This document shows, in pieces, positions 26,319 through 41,460 of a stretch of 64,000 bases of DNA. The stretch lies in contig OX597825.1 of assembly GCA_951406725.2 (NCBI GenBank), positions 2,604,001-2,668,000 of the forward strand. Reading direction: 5' to 3'. The stretch's first letter is position 1. Each line of letters starts with the position of its first letter. The translations under genes were made by a program, and so were the position numbers. The notes beneath the pieces are model-generated. The model was not told where the DNA came from, made no database searches, and was given only the letters and a program-made list of their open reading frames with translations. This DNA is from Octopus vulgaris (lineage: Eukaryota).

Positions 26319-26656
26319 CTTGAAAGACTTCACCAGGTGGTGCTATTAAGTTAGACATGGCCTGGGCCAATAATGGCCGAAACCTATCAAAGTATCAAAG
26401 TATCAAAGTATATATATATACATATATATATATCGCAGAGAGTAGCAACATTAGTAGATTTCAGAGGAGTTTGAAATCTTAATACTAATTTCAACAATTC
26501 TATAATTGATTGAGATACGAAAGAAACATAATTCAAATATTCACTTAATTTATAGTAAGTACGTAATTAATTGAAAGCGATAGATTGTAATTGAGAATAT
26601 TTAGTTATATGTGTATTTGTGCGTATACATATATATATATATATATATATGTATGC

Positions 26657-26735
<79 letters not shown>

Positions 26736-27736
26736 TAGATGGCCAGCTAGATATAAAGAGAAATATATAGATGAATAGATAGTTAAACAGGTAGATAAAT
26801 ATATATATAGAGGTTTAGAGGAGATCTAAGAGAAGCAAACGTGGATCCTGCGTACAGTTATGCAGTTATTTGTAACACACAGCATTGATGTTGCAAGTGC
26901 ATTTGCTTTTCCTAGCCGCAATGAATCACCAAGGGAATTTCTCTGTTGCTTTCTGCTATGAAGATCAAGAATCAAAAAGATAATATATCAGGTTTTCTAT
27001 TTTATGAAAGCCAAGTAAATTTGTTTGCATTGAGATTTACTTTGTTACTTCAAATATGAACGGTCCTCGGAAAACAGTCGTGGAATAAGGAGAAAGCATA
27101 ACTTTCTGAAAGAAACGGTCTTTCACTAATAAAATCTTCCTCAACTGTCACGAAGGAATGAAATCTAATTTTAAGACATCAAAACGTTTCCAATCTTGAG
27201 AATTTTCACAAATGTTGAATCTATTGTTATAAAATAACATAAATTCTAAAATGTTAATTGAAATAAAACCTTAAGAAGTATAACGTACTAATTGAAAACA
27301 ATAAATAAATTAACTAAATCCATTATCACCAAATCGTAACATAATTAATTCAATATTTACAAGAATGAAAATGTGAGAAATGAAATTCTCCGTTATTACT
27401 TGACGTCTTCGAGTAAATTTTATAGAAATATTCGTTGTTTTGCTGAAAGTAGAATTTATTTGCATCATATTTGAGGCGTATTATCTCTGACGATAAAAGA
27501 AATACGCATTAAAATAAAACACACTTTTCGAGAAAACATTTCTCAAACAACTAATCTTCAAATAATGATAATCACACGAAAATCTTGCTGCAATTAAAAA
27601 AAAAATTCTATTCTCGTTACCAGGGCTACATCCAACGCAACTATTTCTCTTCATTCTTCCACTTGTTCTTCCCCTTCTTCTCCTCCTCCACCTTCTTCGT
27701 CTTATCATTCTTCCTCTTCTCCATCTACACAAAACC

Positions 27737-27754
27737 AACTACTGCTGCTGCTGT

Positions 27755-27819
<65 letters not shown>

Positions 27820-27886
27820 GAGACTAATTCATTGTTAGCTCTAATATGAAGATACCGCTATCAAAATTACCAGCAGCACAACCACC

Positions 27887-27967
<81 letters not shown>

Positions 27968-27970
27968 TTC
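27737..27970. repeat. (ACT)n, (ACC)n and (CAT)n microsatellites
   Basis: Direct inspection. Confidence 0.9.
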
Positions 27971-28439
27971 ATGATTTTCATTACTTTCATCATTTTCGTC
28001 ATTGTGTAGATCATGACTTGGTTCCACAGGTCAAAATTTTGTCCGACATCTCAATACTTATACACCCTCATGCTCCCACGTAAATAGACGCACGCACACA
28101 TTCTGCGAACTCTTATTCGCGGGTAAATTCATACACACATATACACGCGTGGTTAAAGGTGCGCGCACATCCATAAGGATGCACACACGTATACTAAAAA
28201 CATACATACGTACATTAGGTATATATACACGCACACGGAACTGTGTAGAGAAAAATGAGGGTTATACGACAAAGGGAATAAATTAAATATGAGTAGAATT
28301 TTTAAAATACACAGGAATTATATAAAGGTACAATAAAAGGCGATACAAAAGACGTTTCCAGAACCCATGGAGATTGAAATTACACACAAATATGTATACA
28401 TCGAAATGCACATGAATTTGTCTTCGTACTGCAAAGAAT

Positions 28440-28700
28440 TATTGCATCATGCACATCCTGTCTTGAATATTTTCTGCCTCACACTTTTCCCATCACCCAT
28501 TGGTTCCCTTGACAAAATCACGCACATCTTCATATTTAGTTATTTTTCCGTATTAGTGCCTTTTCTATTCAACTCAAATCTCCACTGTGGTAGTGAGTTT
28601 GTTTGGAAATTCCTTTATTTGGTAATATAAGCATCATTCCGATAGGGAAACCCCTGCAATATGATCAGCTAAGCAGAGCATAACTCGTTGCGTATGTAAT
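28440..28700 (-). mobile_element. Highly decayed RTE-like LINE C-terminal relic
   Basis: Reverse translation gives fragments resembling LRWAGHI..R / RIPKQ / KR..G...YEDV. A similar relic lies at ~35480-35690. Confidence 0.35.
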
Positions 28701-28801
28701 GCATCAAAACGTTTCAACTAACGAACATTTACAGCGTGAATTTTTACATGTTCCACTGCCTCAGTTTGTATATATACACACACACATGCACACTAACACT
28801 C

Positions 28802-28840
<39 letters not shown>

Positions 28841-29090
28841 TGTACAATTTCATGTTAAGAAAATATCTGAACAATTCTTCAAACTAATCAGTTAGAGAAT
28901 CGGTGTTCATGTGTCTCTTCGTGTTTTAATCCAAAACGAATACGAACAGCAACTTTTCCACGCGATCAGCTCGAAACGTTTTCAAGATTCTTTCTTAACA
29001 CGAAACAAATTCCATACACGCCAGCTGAATTCAATTCGTCCCCAGTCGAAAGACGCCTGTTGTTATGTCATGTTGCTATTAATATTATTA

Positions 29091-29163
<73 letters not shown>

Positions 29164-29180
29164 TATAATTATTATTATTA

Positions 29181-29232
<52 letters not shown>

Positions 29233-29716
29233 CATTATTATTATTATTATAATAATAATTATTATTATCATCATTATTATTATTATTGTTGTTGTTGTTG
29301 TTGTTGTTGTTTCATTATTGTGTTTTTCTATTTATATTCGTGTAACATCGTCTGTCTATAAATTCTTTTTGTGTATATATTCATGAACAATTAGGATTTC
29401 TGATGAGCTTTTAAACAATTATGAACATATTTTGAACACTTTTATGTAAACTGTTTAAACACAAGGCCATTCTTAACATGATCATTGTCAAAGATTCTAG
29501 TTCGTAACATTTTCTTACCATTGTCAAAGGGTCTATCACTGTATTTCAATACATCTGCTAACTATTGTTAACACCAGAAAGCCTTGTATTTTACTTTTGA
29601 AAATTTTTTAAAGGAAAAAGTGAAACCGGTCAGGTCAATAAATATCTTTATAACACTTCTGCATTTTCAAATCCTCTTCCCTATATATTTTCACTCGTGC
29701 AGTACCTTCCAATATT

Positions 29717-29836
<120 letters not shown>

Positions 29837-29891
29837 TATATGAGTGTTTGTAAGTGTGTATGTGGGGGTTATGTTCATATGCGTGTATGAG

Positions 29892-29947
<56 letters not shown>

Positions 29948-29949
<2 letters not shown>

Positions 29950-30119
29950 GGAGTAAACACATAAATGTGAAACAAGGTGGAAAAAAGATTACTCAAATAC
30001 CAGTGGTAGAGTAATATGCTTTATTTTAAGCAGCAGATTCTAGCAAAAACTGTCTGATGAACGGCAACGAGAAACTCAGAGTAACAGATTTTGTTGAATT
30101 TTCTGCTGCTTAAAATAAA

Positions 30120-30120
<1 letters not shown>
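29948..30120 (+). mobile_element. Short Penelope-like foldback element in (TA)n
   Basis: Inverted arms ctttattttaagcagcaga / tctgctgcttaaaataaag enclose a hammerhead. The unique flank resembles 43626-43696. Confidence 0.75.
30050..30087 (+). ncRNA. Minimal type I hammerhead ribozyme
   Basis: ctgt-CTGATGA-acg gcaa cga-GAAA-ctcagag-TA-acag. Stem I ctgt/acag, GNRA-capped stem II, ACTC-A-GAGT stem III, GUA cleavage triplet. Confidence 0.85.
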
Positions 30121-30156
<36 letters not shown>

Positions 30157-31427
30157 ACTATATGTTATAACTATATACCACATATATACATATAATACAC
30201 AAATATACCCATACATATATTTAGACACAAATACGTGCAGACACACACAGACACGCACAAACACACAAACAACACACACACACAAACAACACATACACAC
30301 ATACATATACATAACGATTTATTACTATATATAAATGCGCAGTACACATATTTAAATATTCTCATAATTTGCTTGTATGTTCACATTAGTTTTACGGATC
30401 TTTGTGTAATACATTTTCTCAAACACATACTCGTCTTAAAATCTCTCGTCTTCCAAAACCACACGTTGTTTTACAGATCTTACATTATCTTAAATATTTT
30501 TCCTCATAAATACTACAAAGTATGCAAGCGGTTAACATATGATACTCTAAATCTCATAATTATATGCATACACCTACACAACTGAGATTTAACCCTCGCC
30601 TACGCTAACCACCTTCACTGATTTAATTATATGTTTCGAAAAGAAAGTTATATGCAAGTTAATGTTTAAAATATTTTAGGCTTGCAGCTTTGTAGTCATG
30701 AGCGCGTATGCGTTAATTCCACCTAGTTATTAGGAATGGAATTTATTACGTTAATAACAATAGTCATCTATTTTATGCTGTTCCATAAAAGAGAAGCTTT
30801 CATCGACATATTATTAATGATTTCTTATAATCAGACATCAAACTTTAGGCTTTATTAAACGTTATGATCACACGTATTTGTAGTATTGTTTTTTTAATTT
30901 TCGTACTGCAGGCCAGCAATGGGGGGGGGGGGGGCGGTTACATCGACACCAGTGTTCAATTGTACTTATTTCCCCCGAAAGAATGAAGGCAAAGTAGAGC
31001 CTAGCAGAATTTGAACACAGACGATAAAGATGCATGAAATTCCGTTACGCATTTTGTGCGACACTGGAATTTATAAAAAAATATTGATAGTGTGAAATTT
31101 AGATCTAACCCATATAATGTATGAACGATTATTCTCGGTATGTTTGCTCTGATATTATTTTGTATGGTAGTGTCTGGTAGATGAATATATTTTTCCAAAA
31201 TATATTAATAACATTCTTGCTGAAAAATATTACGGTGCCGCAACCATTATGTATAACCTGGATCGAGCTATGAAATCTACTCACCTGGTATTTCAATCAT
31301 TTATGTCGTTTGAAATGACGTTATCACACACATATATCCACACCCACGCACGCACAGAAATGCACACATTGTATTTATGTATTCGTCATTTTCATATAAA
31401 TATAAGTGGGCGTGAATGAATGAGTGA

Positions 31428-31462
<35 letters not shown>

Positions 31463-31464
<2 letters not shown>

Positions 31465-31807
31465 GTGGAGCATGGGTCGTTGTTTAGAACATAGGACAAA
31501 AGATCTCGAGTTTGTGAGTTCAATTCAGGGCCAGGCTGTGTTGCATTTTTGAGCAGGACACTTAATTGGCTGTTGTTCCATTTCACTCACGCGTAGAAAC
31601 GATTTGCAGCGTGTTTCTGCGATAAGCTGAACCAGCCTTGGCCTTTCTTACGAGCAACATAGGGAGGAGAGACAGGTATGAATGGACGAATGCTGGTCTT
31701 CGGCAAAGAACCTTGTCCGAACTCCTGCCTCGGAAGAGAGTTTTCTGTGTGCGATCCCATGGTCAATCGTGACCGACGGGTGAGCGGAATGTTGCCGTTT
31801 ACCCTTT
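31463..31807 (+). mobile_element. tRNA-derived SINE
   Basis: B-box-like gagttcaattc followed by ttgagcaggacactt. Flanked by (TG)n and (CA)n. Confidence 0.55.
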
Positions 31808-31932
31808 ATACACACACACACACATACACGTGCACATATATAGTCCTGTATATATATGCCTATACATGTGTATACGTCCATATGTACACACGCACACACA
31901 CACACATATATATATATATACATATATACACA

Positions 31933-31966
<34 letters not shown>

Positions 31967-31995
31967 TATACACATATATACTGATATATGTCTGG

Positions 31996-32058
<63 letters not shown>

Positions 32059-32116
32059 GATGCATATACACAAACAGACATACATACATTTATATATATA
32101 TATGTATGTATGTAGG

Positions 32117-32159
<43 letters not shown>

Positions 32160-33050
32160 TTGCGTGCGTGCAAACTTATGTAATATCTTAAATACCGAGA
32201 GTCTCCAACGATTGCGATCAGTTCTGCGGTTCTGCAGAGATTACATTCTTCTCTGTGATTCTATGTTTTTCTCGCTTTTTCTTCCTCTTTCATATTATGC
32301 TTCAAGTTAACACTTTCTTAAAACTAGAATTTGCTTATTTCTTTTGAAATATTTTGGCAACTCATGACTAAAAGAATACACTAAAAGACCTCGTTAAAAT
32401 GAGAGAATATAAAGATAAAATGGTTTATCGTAAAGGTACTGCCGTTTGAAAACACGAAAATTAATATAGATGTAGATTTGGTGGTTGTGTCTTCGCGGTG
32501 GTTCTCGGTCGTAACGTTACTGCGTCTCTTGAATATAATTGTGTCGCTGACTCTTGAGATGCCAGTGTTCATATTGCGATAATGGAGCTTAATGCTGTTG
32601 TTGTTGATGATAGTGATGATATTGTTATCGTTTCGATGCTGTTAGCGTTAGTTGTACAGTTCTTAATCGTAGTTTAATGAAGATGATGATGATGATGTTC
32701 GTGGTTGTGGTGTTGGTGGTGGTGGTGTGGTGATGAGTATTTTTTTATGTAGTAGATGGTGACAGCTTGGTCTATGATGTCGATGGCGTTGGTGATGAAG
32801 TAGGTGTTTGCATTGTTAATAGACACACTGGTGGAAATGGTGGCGCCAGTGTTCCTGGCATCACTGATAACTCCTTTCGCCAGAGAGATGTTATTGGTTT
32901 TATTTGCGACGATGAGGTTTGCGTTGAAGTTGCTTTTCCCCATTCAGTATGATGATGTTGGCATTGATGAAAGTGAGGGAGACTTTCAGAGTTCTGCAGT
33001 TGGCGTTGAGCTGCTGATTGTGCTGCTGTTGAAATTTAAATGGTCGTTTC

Positions 33051-33086
<36 letters not shown>

Positions 33087-36000
33087 AGTGGTGAGGATGA
33101 TTCAATTGATATTCATCATTATGGAGTGGAGGGCGATAATTTGTTATGTCGATCACGTTGGCGATAACGGGCGTTGATGGTACGGTTCATAGATATGGTG
33201 GTAGAAATAATGGGGTCAGTTTTCTTGATCTCAGCGATATTCCCGTTCACCGCGCTGATGGTGTTGGTGCCAATTATAGTTACGATGATGTCGCATGCAC
33301 TTTGTCTTAGTGGATTTCACGGTCAGCGTGTCCGTGTTTGATAGTCATAGTGATGATAGTGGTGGTGGGGGCTTCAGTGGTATAGGGGTTTAGAAAGGGA
33401 TTTTGTTCATATTAATGGTATTAAAGGGAGCTAATTAGCATGACTATAATACGCCTATGAAGACCACGTGACCTGGTGGTGTTTGATCGGAGGTTAAAGA
33501 CGGGTGAGAATTAATTTTGTAATGTAGTCATTCTATTGTTCCAATCCGAAGTTGAATTCCAACTTTTGTCTAATTTGTCCGAATCCCGACCTAAAATTAA
33601 CGAAGCGATTGTTATTTATCTCCCCCTTGATCTTTGACGTCATCTGACAAACACCAACCAAGATGGCATTAATCAACGAAGCTTTACCTGCTAGAAATAG
33701 CAACCCGAATTATTTTAAATCATATCTTAACGCTGGACGTCCATGAACCAAATGAAGGGTAGATTTCCAATTCCAGGATCATTCTGTTTCCAATAATGTA
33801 TAACATTTCTATGTAGAGCAAATGCAGACTGCACCCAAGGGTTCCAGACGGACAGGCAGAATTTCGTATCTATTAATATGGTGTGATTTGGAAAGTGTTA
33901 GTAAAATTTTCATTATAATATCATCGCATCGTAGCAGAATTGTTTGTAATTTATTTCTTATTGTATGCCGCCATTGTATCAATATTCCAACGCTTATAAA
34001 ATGGAAGCTATTCAAATCCACGGATAGGTAATATCATCTTACATGCTCAAAGCGTACTTTAAAGGCAAGAAACTGTTTCAAGAGAGATTTTGATGTTAGC
34101 TTTTAGCACTTCAAGTGACTTATCCTTTAATAACATTGATGAAACACAGTGATGAAGACAGGTACTCCACTTGTGTCCATCCGGCATCATATCCTTTCTT
34201 CAAGTTATGATACTTTTTAAGATTGTAGAGTGTGGTTTGAAGGAAATTTGGATGGGTATTTCCTAGAAGCCAGATACTGGCTCTCAAACCATAGTTGAAA
34301 AACATTCTTTCCAAGTAATGTGAAATCAATAGGTTGCAGCACTTCCCTGAAAAGATGTTGAGCATTTATTATTATTATTATTATTGTTGTTGTTGTTATT
34401 ATTATTATTGTTGTTGTTGTTGTTATTATTATTATTATTATTATTATTGCTATTATTGCTGTTGTTGTTGTTGTTGTTGTTATTATTATTATTATTATTA
34501 TTGTTATTGTGTAGCGTGTGTGTGATTATACTGTGTATCCATATAAACGTCCAAATGCATATACATGATTTCTGTCAATTTTTCTCCTCACACATTTAAT
34601 ATTTGTGCTGCCATGTGTGTGTATGTGGTATATCTGTGTAATTATGCTTGTACATGTGTATATGTATGGTGTAGCTCTATGCTTATATGTACACTAAGTG
34701 TTATATAGTGTATCAGTGTAATTATATAGGCTTTTTTGTATGATGCTGCTTCTGGTCTTGTGATAATGATTGCGGGTTTGTTTCTATGGTTAGGTTCTGT
34801 AAATAGGCATGTGTATATGTGTGAGGTGATGGTTGTATAACTGTTTATGTATTTATGCATGTACGTATGTATGTCTGGTTCTGTGATTGTGTATGTAGTC
34901 ATGTGATGCAGTCTTACGATGATATGTGAGTATATTAGTGTTTATTCACTTGAGTTTCTCTTATATTAAAATGTCTGCTGCAAGCATTCAACTGAGGAGA
35001 GACTCATAGACAAACTGTAGTGATAAATAGAGGAATTAATATCATTAATTAGCCATGCTCATAAGAACAATGATTGATGTGTTCTGCTCTGAAGAATTTT
35101 ACATTGAACGACTCATATTAAAATATGAGAGCCTTCAGTTGGAACTCGTTATAAAAATATCGATTTTTAAAGCAAGTATAAGGTATTTGACCCCAGATAA
35201 AATGAATTAAATTCGTATTCTTATGTCGATAAATGTTGATTAAAAAGGCTTCCCCATTGTAAGTCCTCCATTTAAACGACAAAATGTTTCATTGTTGTTG
35301 GTATCACTACTGTTTAGATAATATGGAAGGAAGGTTCTCTAGTAATACAATATGTGTGTTTCCAAAGATGGTACTACTTCTAAATATGAAGGGATGGAAC
35401 AAGAATGTAAGCGGCTTTGTTTACTATTTTGAGATATGTCAGACTTTACTTGGGTCAAATACAATGAGTCGGAGCTCATCACTAAATCTGTCCAATCATC
35501 GACGTCGTCGCAAGCACTGCATTATCTCCGGCCTTGTATTCGTTCCTTATCGAGGTTTGATCATAGTCTTTGAAGGATACATTTAGCTCCACCTTCGATC
35601 TCCCGTTGCTCGTTCTTCGGAAATCACTTTTGTTCTTAGGCAACTCTACCTATCTCAACCAGTCTCCAGGTATCTGTAACTGCGTCTCTACTCCCTGAAT
35701 TATTAACTTTCAGATGTTATCAGAAATTTACCCAAAGGCTGCGTGGCAGAGGTGGTTTTGTTTGCGGTAATTGGCGAGAAAGATTATTCGTGCATCCGAA
35801 AACATCCAGAAAGATGATACTGGCGAACGAAAATGTCACTTCAGTTAGTAAATTAATAATATAGTTGTTTGAAAATAAACACAGTAATTGGAAATTATCG
35901 GAGAACAGAAAAAGCCAAAAGAGATCTTTGATAGTTTCAGAATATTAGAGAGTTTGCTTAATCAGAGTAGAAGAAGCAGAAATAAGAAAGATAGAAATAA

Positions 36001-36094
36001 CAGACTTTCCCTGAGAATATTATTGCAATTTTATGTTTGGGAAAGCGAAGATTTAAGCTATAAAGTAAACAAATTATTGTGATGAGAGACATTG

Positions 36095-36775
36095 ACGCCC
36101 CTGTGGGATTGGAAGAATTGACTAGCCGAACCTTTATAAAAATTAGCGTATTGGTTGAGACCGGGAGAAGTAATTGAGGGTTCGTGGAAGTCATAGATAG
36201 ACTTTAAGATACTTAACGGTTTGTAATTATTGAAGTATCGTGTTTATTGGGGCAATTTGAGGTATGTCATGTGAAGACAATTCTGTTTATCCCCACTCCC
36301 TGAAACCTTTATAGATGTAACGTCTAGAAGGACATAAATGTGGCAACGAATATATCCACTTATAAAAGTGGCGACGAGTTTATTCAAAGCTTATGTCGGA
36401 CGTTTACCTTTTCTTTTGATAGAAAATCAAAGAAAACTTAGTTGACACTGAAGACATATCAGCCTCCGTAGTATAGATGCAACAGCAATAATTATAACAA
36501 CACTAACAACAATACCAACATTTACTGGAATTAATGTTTGTAATTAAAGTTCAAAAATACTTCAGGTCCGTCCGCGCCAGACGTCCTCCCCTGTGGGATT
36601 GTAAGAATGGACTAACCGAGTTTTTATAAAAAATAGCGTACTGGTTGAGAACGGGAGTAGTAGGAGTTGTTGAGACCGTTGAAAGTTTGTAATTATTGAA
36701 GTGTCGTGTTTAGTACGTCGTGTGAAGACAACCGTGTCTCTTCCCGCTTCGTGAAGTCTGTATATCCAAAATATA
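36095..36775 (+). repeat. Two diverged copies (~36095-36300, ~36585-36775) of an LTR-like dispersed repeat; reverse copy at ~56915-56990
   Basis: Shared cccctgtgggatt..aagaat.gact..ccga...ttataaaaa motif including TATAAA. Confidence 0.55.
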
Positions 36776-39700
36776 GAAGGATGCAAAACAAACATTGGAA
36801 GTGTATGATTGTTGGTTCAAGAATTATGATTTGCATGCATGTAGATTTGAGTTTGGTCAGATATGCAATATTCCTTCCACGTATCCTTAAGTTCTTGTAA
36901 GCCATAACAGCAAAATTAGGAGCATGGAATCTATTCGTAATTCAACATGTGTGGCTGAACATTCCTTAGGTGGTAAATCATATAATTCTCCACATTTAGC
37001 AACGAAATGTAGCCTGCAGTAACCCTCCACACTTTTGCAAACATTCATACAACCTATTTAATCTTCAAAAAGAATTTTTATCATGTTGATGCTTTGCTTC
37101 CGATCTCCCCCAGTGTGGCAAGAATCCTAGATTCTGGAAATATTATTGATGTTCCATTCCGGCCCCTGTGAAAGTGGTATAGATTATGCTTGGATGTTAA
37201 AATGCACTCGCGTTGGTAAATATCTGTTTACTTTCACTTTAGTTTGAATTTCTTTACACTTAAATAAGCAGCGTTCAGATTAATCTTTCTCGGGAGGAAG
37301 GTAATCTCAGAGAAATTCTTGCTTTCTGTAATATATTCTCTTCAAGATTTACACGATCAGAATTAATAAAATGTAAATTCACCTCCAAATATACTTATTA
37401 TACTCCAAATGAAGTTTAAAGATCAAATCTTTAGAAAATGGTTTAGAAGTGGTTTACTTATGCTAATTGGAACTTGGTTCAATTTAATCATTCTAAAGAT
37501 ATTAATGTAAATGTAACTTGCCATGAAAGATGTTGCAAGAAAAAAGAAAATGTGTCATTGAGGAAATATTTGCTGCAGTGTTCATCAGATTAAAATATAT
37601 ATTGAATAGCATCTTGAAAAAATGTAAAGGAAGCCGATGCTTCATTGAATCAGGAAGAGGTGTGAACATAAGATATCAGCAAAAATAAAAACAGCAATAT
37701 TCTGGTATAAGGGTTTTCTATTAAAAATACGAAAAAAGAAAACAGACAACAACAAAAACATCACGATGTAAATTTTAATTTGAAAGTAAAACTAGGGAAA
37801 GGAATATCGGAAAAGAACATATAAATCGTATAAGAAATATATAGAAAATAATAATGAAATTATGATAAAAAATTTAAATATGCATAGAAATAAATAAAAA
37901 AAACATTATTTTATTGGTATAAGCTGTGCGCAAACTATTAAGTAACTTCAACGTGTAAACTTAAACAGCTTTTTGAGGATTTTCAATTAAGATGTAATCA
38001 TTTGTTAACAATTTGTGTGAGTGTTTGTGTGTTTGCTCAATTTTTCATCTACGCACAATGCAAAAACACATATGTGTTGACATATCTGTATGTTTATAAA
38101 AGGAATATAAATATATAGTTATTAAGCTATAAAACTATATTTGACATGGGGTGTGTAAATGAAGCGCCGTGCTTCCATGCGCTCGCAACGATGTGAATAT
38201 GTATGCACTGTCACACATTTTTCTCAAATGATTAGTCTTTTAAACAGATTAATGCCAAAACGGTATTAAATGGCTTTTTCCTTCGCAAAATAATGTTTTC
38301 CAAAGCATGCATCGAAAGAAAGATCCCTGCAAAAAGGGAAGCCATGCACTATTGCTGTTATTATGCCATTAAATGTTCAATCAATACATAACTAAACGCT
38401 TACAACTATCTAATTTCCACTATTAGATCACAATGTCAATTGTTATGTATGTTATAATTTGCACACAGGGAAATTGTTTTACGTGAGTTAATCACTTCTA
38501 CACAACATTTAGCAGAATAAGAATACAGAATCAATGTAAATTAACATCACCATGAAACTCAATGAGAAGAGTCTTGACGTACTCGATGTGCTAGAAATAG
38601 CTGTAAAACCTCCTTCGAATTCTTCGTCCACCATGACGATTCTTTAGACGCAGGTACGTGGATTTGCTACTGAAAAATTTATAACACAATTTCGTTCCGT
38701 ACTAGAACCTGCTCTGTTGTCTTTTTTCTATTTCTGCCTTGTTTAGTTGATTGTGGTTATGTTACCAAAGTACAGCATCACTCACTATATCGGTCCCATC
38801 CATCTACGCATTTGTTCTCCTCATAAATGTCTATAAGAAAAAAAAAATGAGCTTTGAAAGCAATCCAAAAAAACACATGAAAAGAACTTTCTTTCTATAG
38901 AAATAAATGACAACCTCTAGAGGAGTTCATAATTTAATCGGTACCAGAAAACATGAAGGGAGAATTGCTTTAGAAGGGCTCGGATTCGGAACAAATAACG
39001 CAAACGTTTCTATCCAAAGTTAATTCACCTCCAGAAATTTCCTAGTTTGGAAGTAGCCTGCTGATATCCACAAGGTTTACTTTAATTGGGACATTGATTT
39101 AAATGCAGTTAGGTTGTTGTAGAGACATCGAACATTTAATCATATGATGCTGGAATACAAGCAAGACATTGTAAGTGGGAGCTAACACAGGTCTAAGATT
39201 CACAGATATAAGATTTCTACCACAAAACCGTAGGGGGTCACTAACTGATAGAGTTTAACAAATGTTCAGTTTTGATTTTTTTCTTCTGGTCTGCATTTCT
39301 GTCACCAATTAATATTTCTATCCTGCGAATCTACATAACATGGATACATAGAAACATGTGCAGTGAAGGAAAACTGTGCAGACGCAGATCTGGTATGAAG
39401 CAAACAAAGGGTCTTTGGGGGAGAAACGCTAACGCTAAGAAATGGTAGAATCAGATACCTCTAATATTGGAAATTGCGCTGTATGTCCACAGTGTCTTAC
39501 GATCAGCTCAAACGTTAAAGTACATGTTATGGACTAGTATTAGCATGGACATGTTATTGTTATAACGCGACAATGGAAATATATATGTATGTGTAGTCTA
39601 CATATACACCTGTATATATACATACACACATATATATAATATATGTTTATATATACAACTTCTAAGCTGAAGCGAAAACAGCATGTTCTTTGTCTATCCC

Positions 39701-39888
39701 CTTATCTTCTTGGAGGTTTTAGGTAAAATTATACTAATGTGTTCGTCTGTTTAAATTTAATTCTATGTCTTTATGCAGCTGAGGATTGCTCTGCATTTAA
39801 ATTGATGTAATGGTTGCATTGTTCAATTAAATGGAGTCGCTTGAAACGATCGTAATGCATTGCCTCTAGATACCGTGTTGCTTATTTT

Positions 39889-39974
<86 letters not shown>

Positions 39975-41460
39975 ATGTAGATAAATATGTATATATGCAT
40001 TCCTATAAACATACAAATATGCATACGTATATATATGTGTCTGTGTGTCTGTGTACGTTAAGTCCTATATTTCATATAACATTGAACTAATATGCGACTT
40101 CCTCTGTTGAATTTATAGCTTTCACTGCTTGAAAAATATGGGTTTCTTCAAATAAACTTTGAACACTAATTATATTTGTTCATGACTCTCCATCCAGTTA
40201 TTCATTGGCAACCTAAACATTAATGAATCTATGATAATTGACTCCCATTTATTTGTCTTTATTCAACCCTTCTCTTTCATTCACCTCCCATTTTACCGTC
40301 TCTAGTCTTTCTAGGCCATTCATTTCGTATTTCTCCATTTCTCTCTTCTGCATATCTTCACTATTGGTTCATTTATTTATTTAGCCTTTTCTTACAATTA
40401 ATAAAAGATATATTTCTTATATGTTATTTATATATATCCATTCCATGTAAATTATGTTATATTATTTTGTATTTTATATATTTCATTTTATATTATATAT
40501 GATTATACATATATAATTTATAGGCTATATATGTTACATTTCATTCATCAATTCATTTTCTCCACATCGCTCGGTTTTTGTTTGTTTGTTTCCTTTTTGC
40601 AGTATATCTATCTGTCTTCTGTTCCTCTTTTCTTTCTAATTTCTTCTTTACTTCCTTCAACCAACCTAGTTTACTTCCTTCTCTTCTAATTGTTGTCTGT
40701 CTATTTCCATTTCGAAATAGTTAAAAATGGCTCGCCAAAAACCATTCAACTTTGGGCACAGTTAATTTTAACTTAATGCAATAATATGTTCCCTGACGGC
40801 CTGTTGTTGTCATTGTTCTTTTTGCCTTTCAAATAAATATGGAACACCTATTTTCAGGATCCAAAACAACCACATCATGGAAATGAGACTAGAAAGATTA
40901 TTATAAACAAGTATTTACTTATTCATATAATACATAAACGCATCGATACATACATACACATACACATACATACACACACACACACACTCGCACACGCACA
41001 CACACATAACCACACAGAATATTTCTTAAAATACGTACTCGAAATATATTAACGAGAATAATCAAATATAAATTGTCTCAGTTTAAAATAATTTCTACAC
41101 ACTACTAGAATTGTAGCTTACGCCAATGTAATAAATAATTTTCCATAAGTTAACTGTATGAATGCGATCTTAATAAATTTATTTTATTTTCCAATTTGTC
41201 AGAAATAATTACACATCTTACGATAGCGGTTTGATATATGCGCTTTCTCTACAAACTGTTATCTATTTTATGAATCTACAACATGCACCTAAGTGTTTGT
41301 ACAAAACAAACGTAATTAACTCAAGCATTTTCAAAAAGTAGTGCAGCATGTATATTGCTAGACCTTTCGCGAGCTTTTTAATATTTTGGAAACTAATGAA
41401 TTCTTGCTTATATCCCGATCGGAATAACACTCATATAAGAAGCCAAAATTCATAATATTA

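Larger units (their letters stand above)
21778..26408 (+). mobile_element. Full-length CR1-group LINE inserted in (TA)n
   Basis: 5' end gttgaactggacggacgtc after (TA)n, ORF1 + ORF2, 3' UTR hairpin ggcc-aataat-ggcc, octamer tail (TATCAAAG)x3 at 26385-26408, then (TA)n. Confidence 0.9.

Noticed and set aside
29399-29470. CTGATGA hammerhead candidate
   Set aside because: No GAAA core or consistent stems downstream.
32580-33380. G/T-rich ORFs
   Set aside because: Decayed (GAT/GGT/GTT)n low-complexity sequence.
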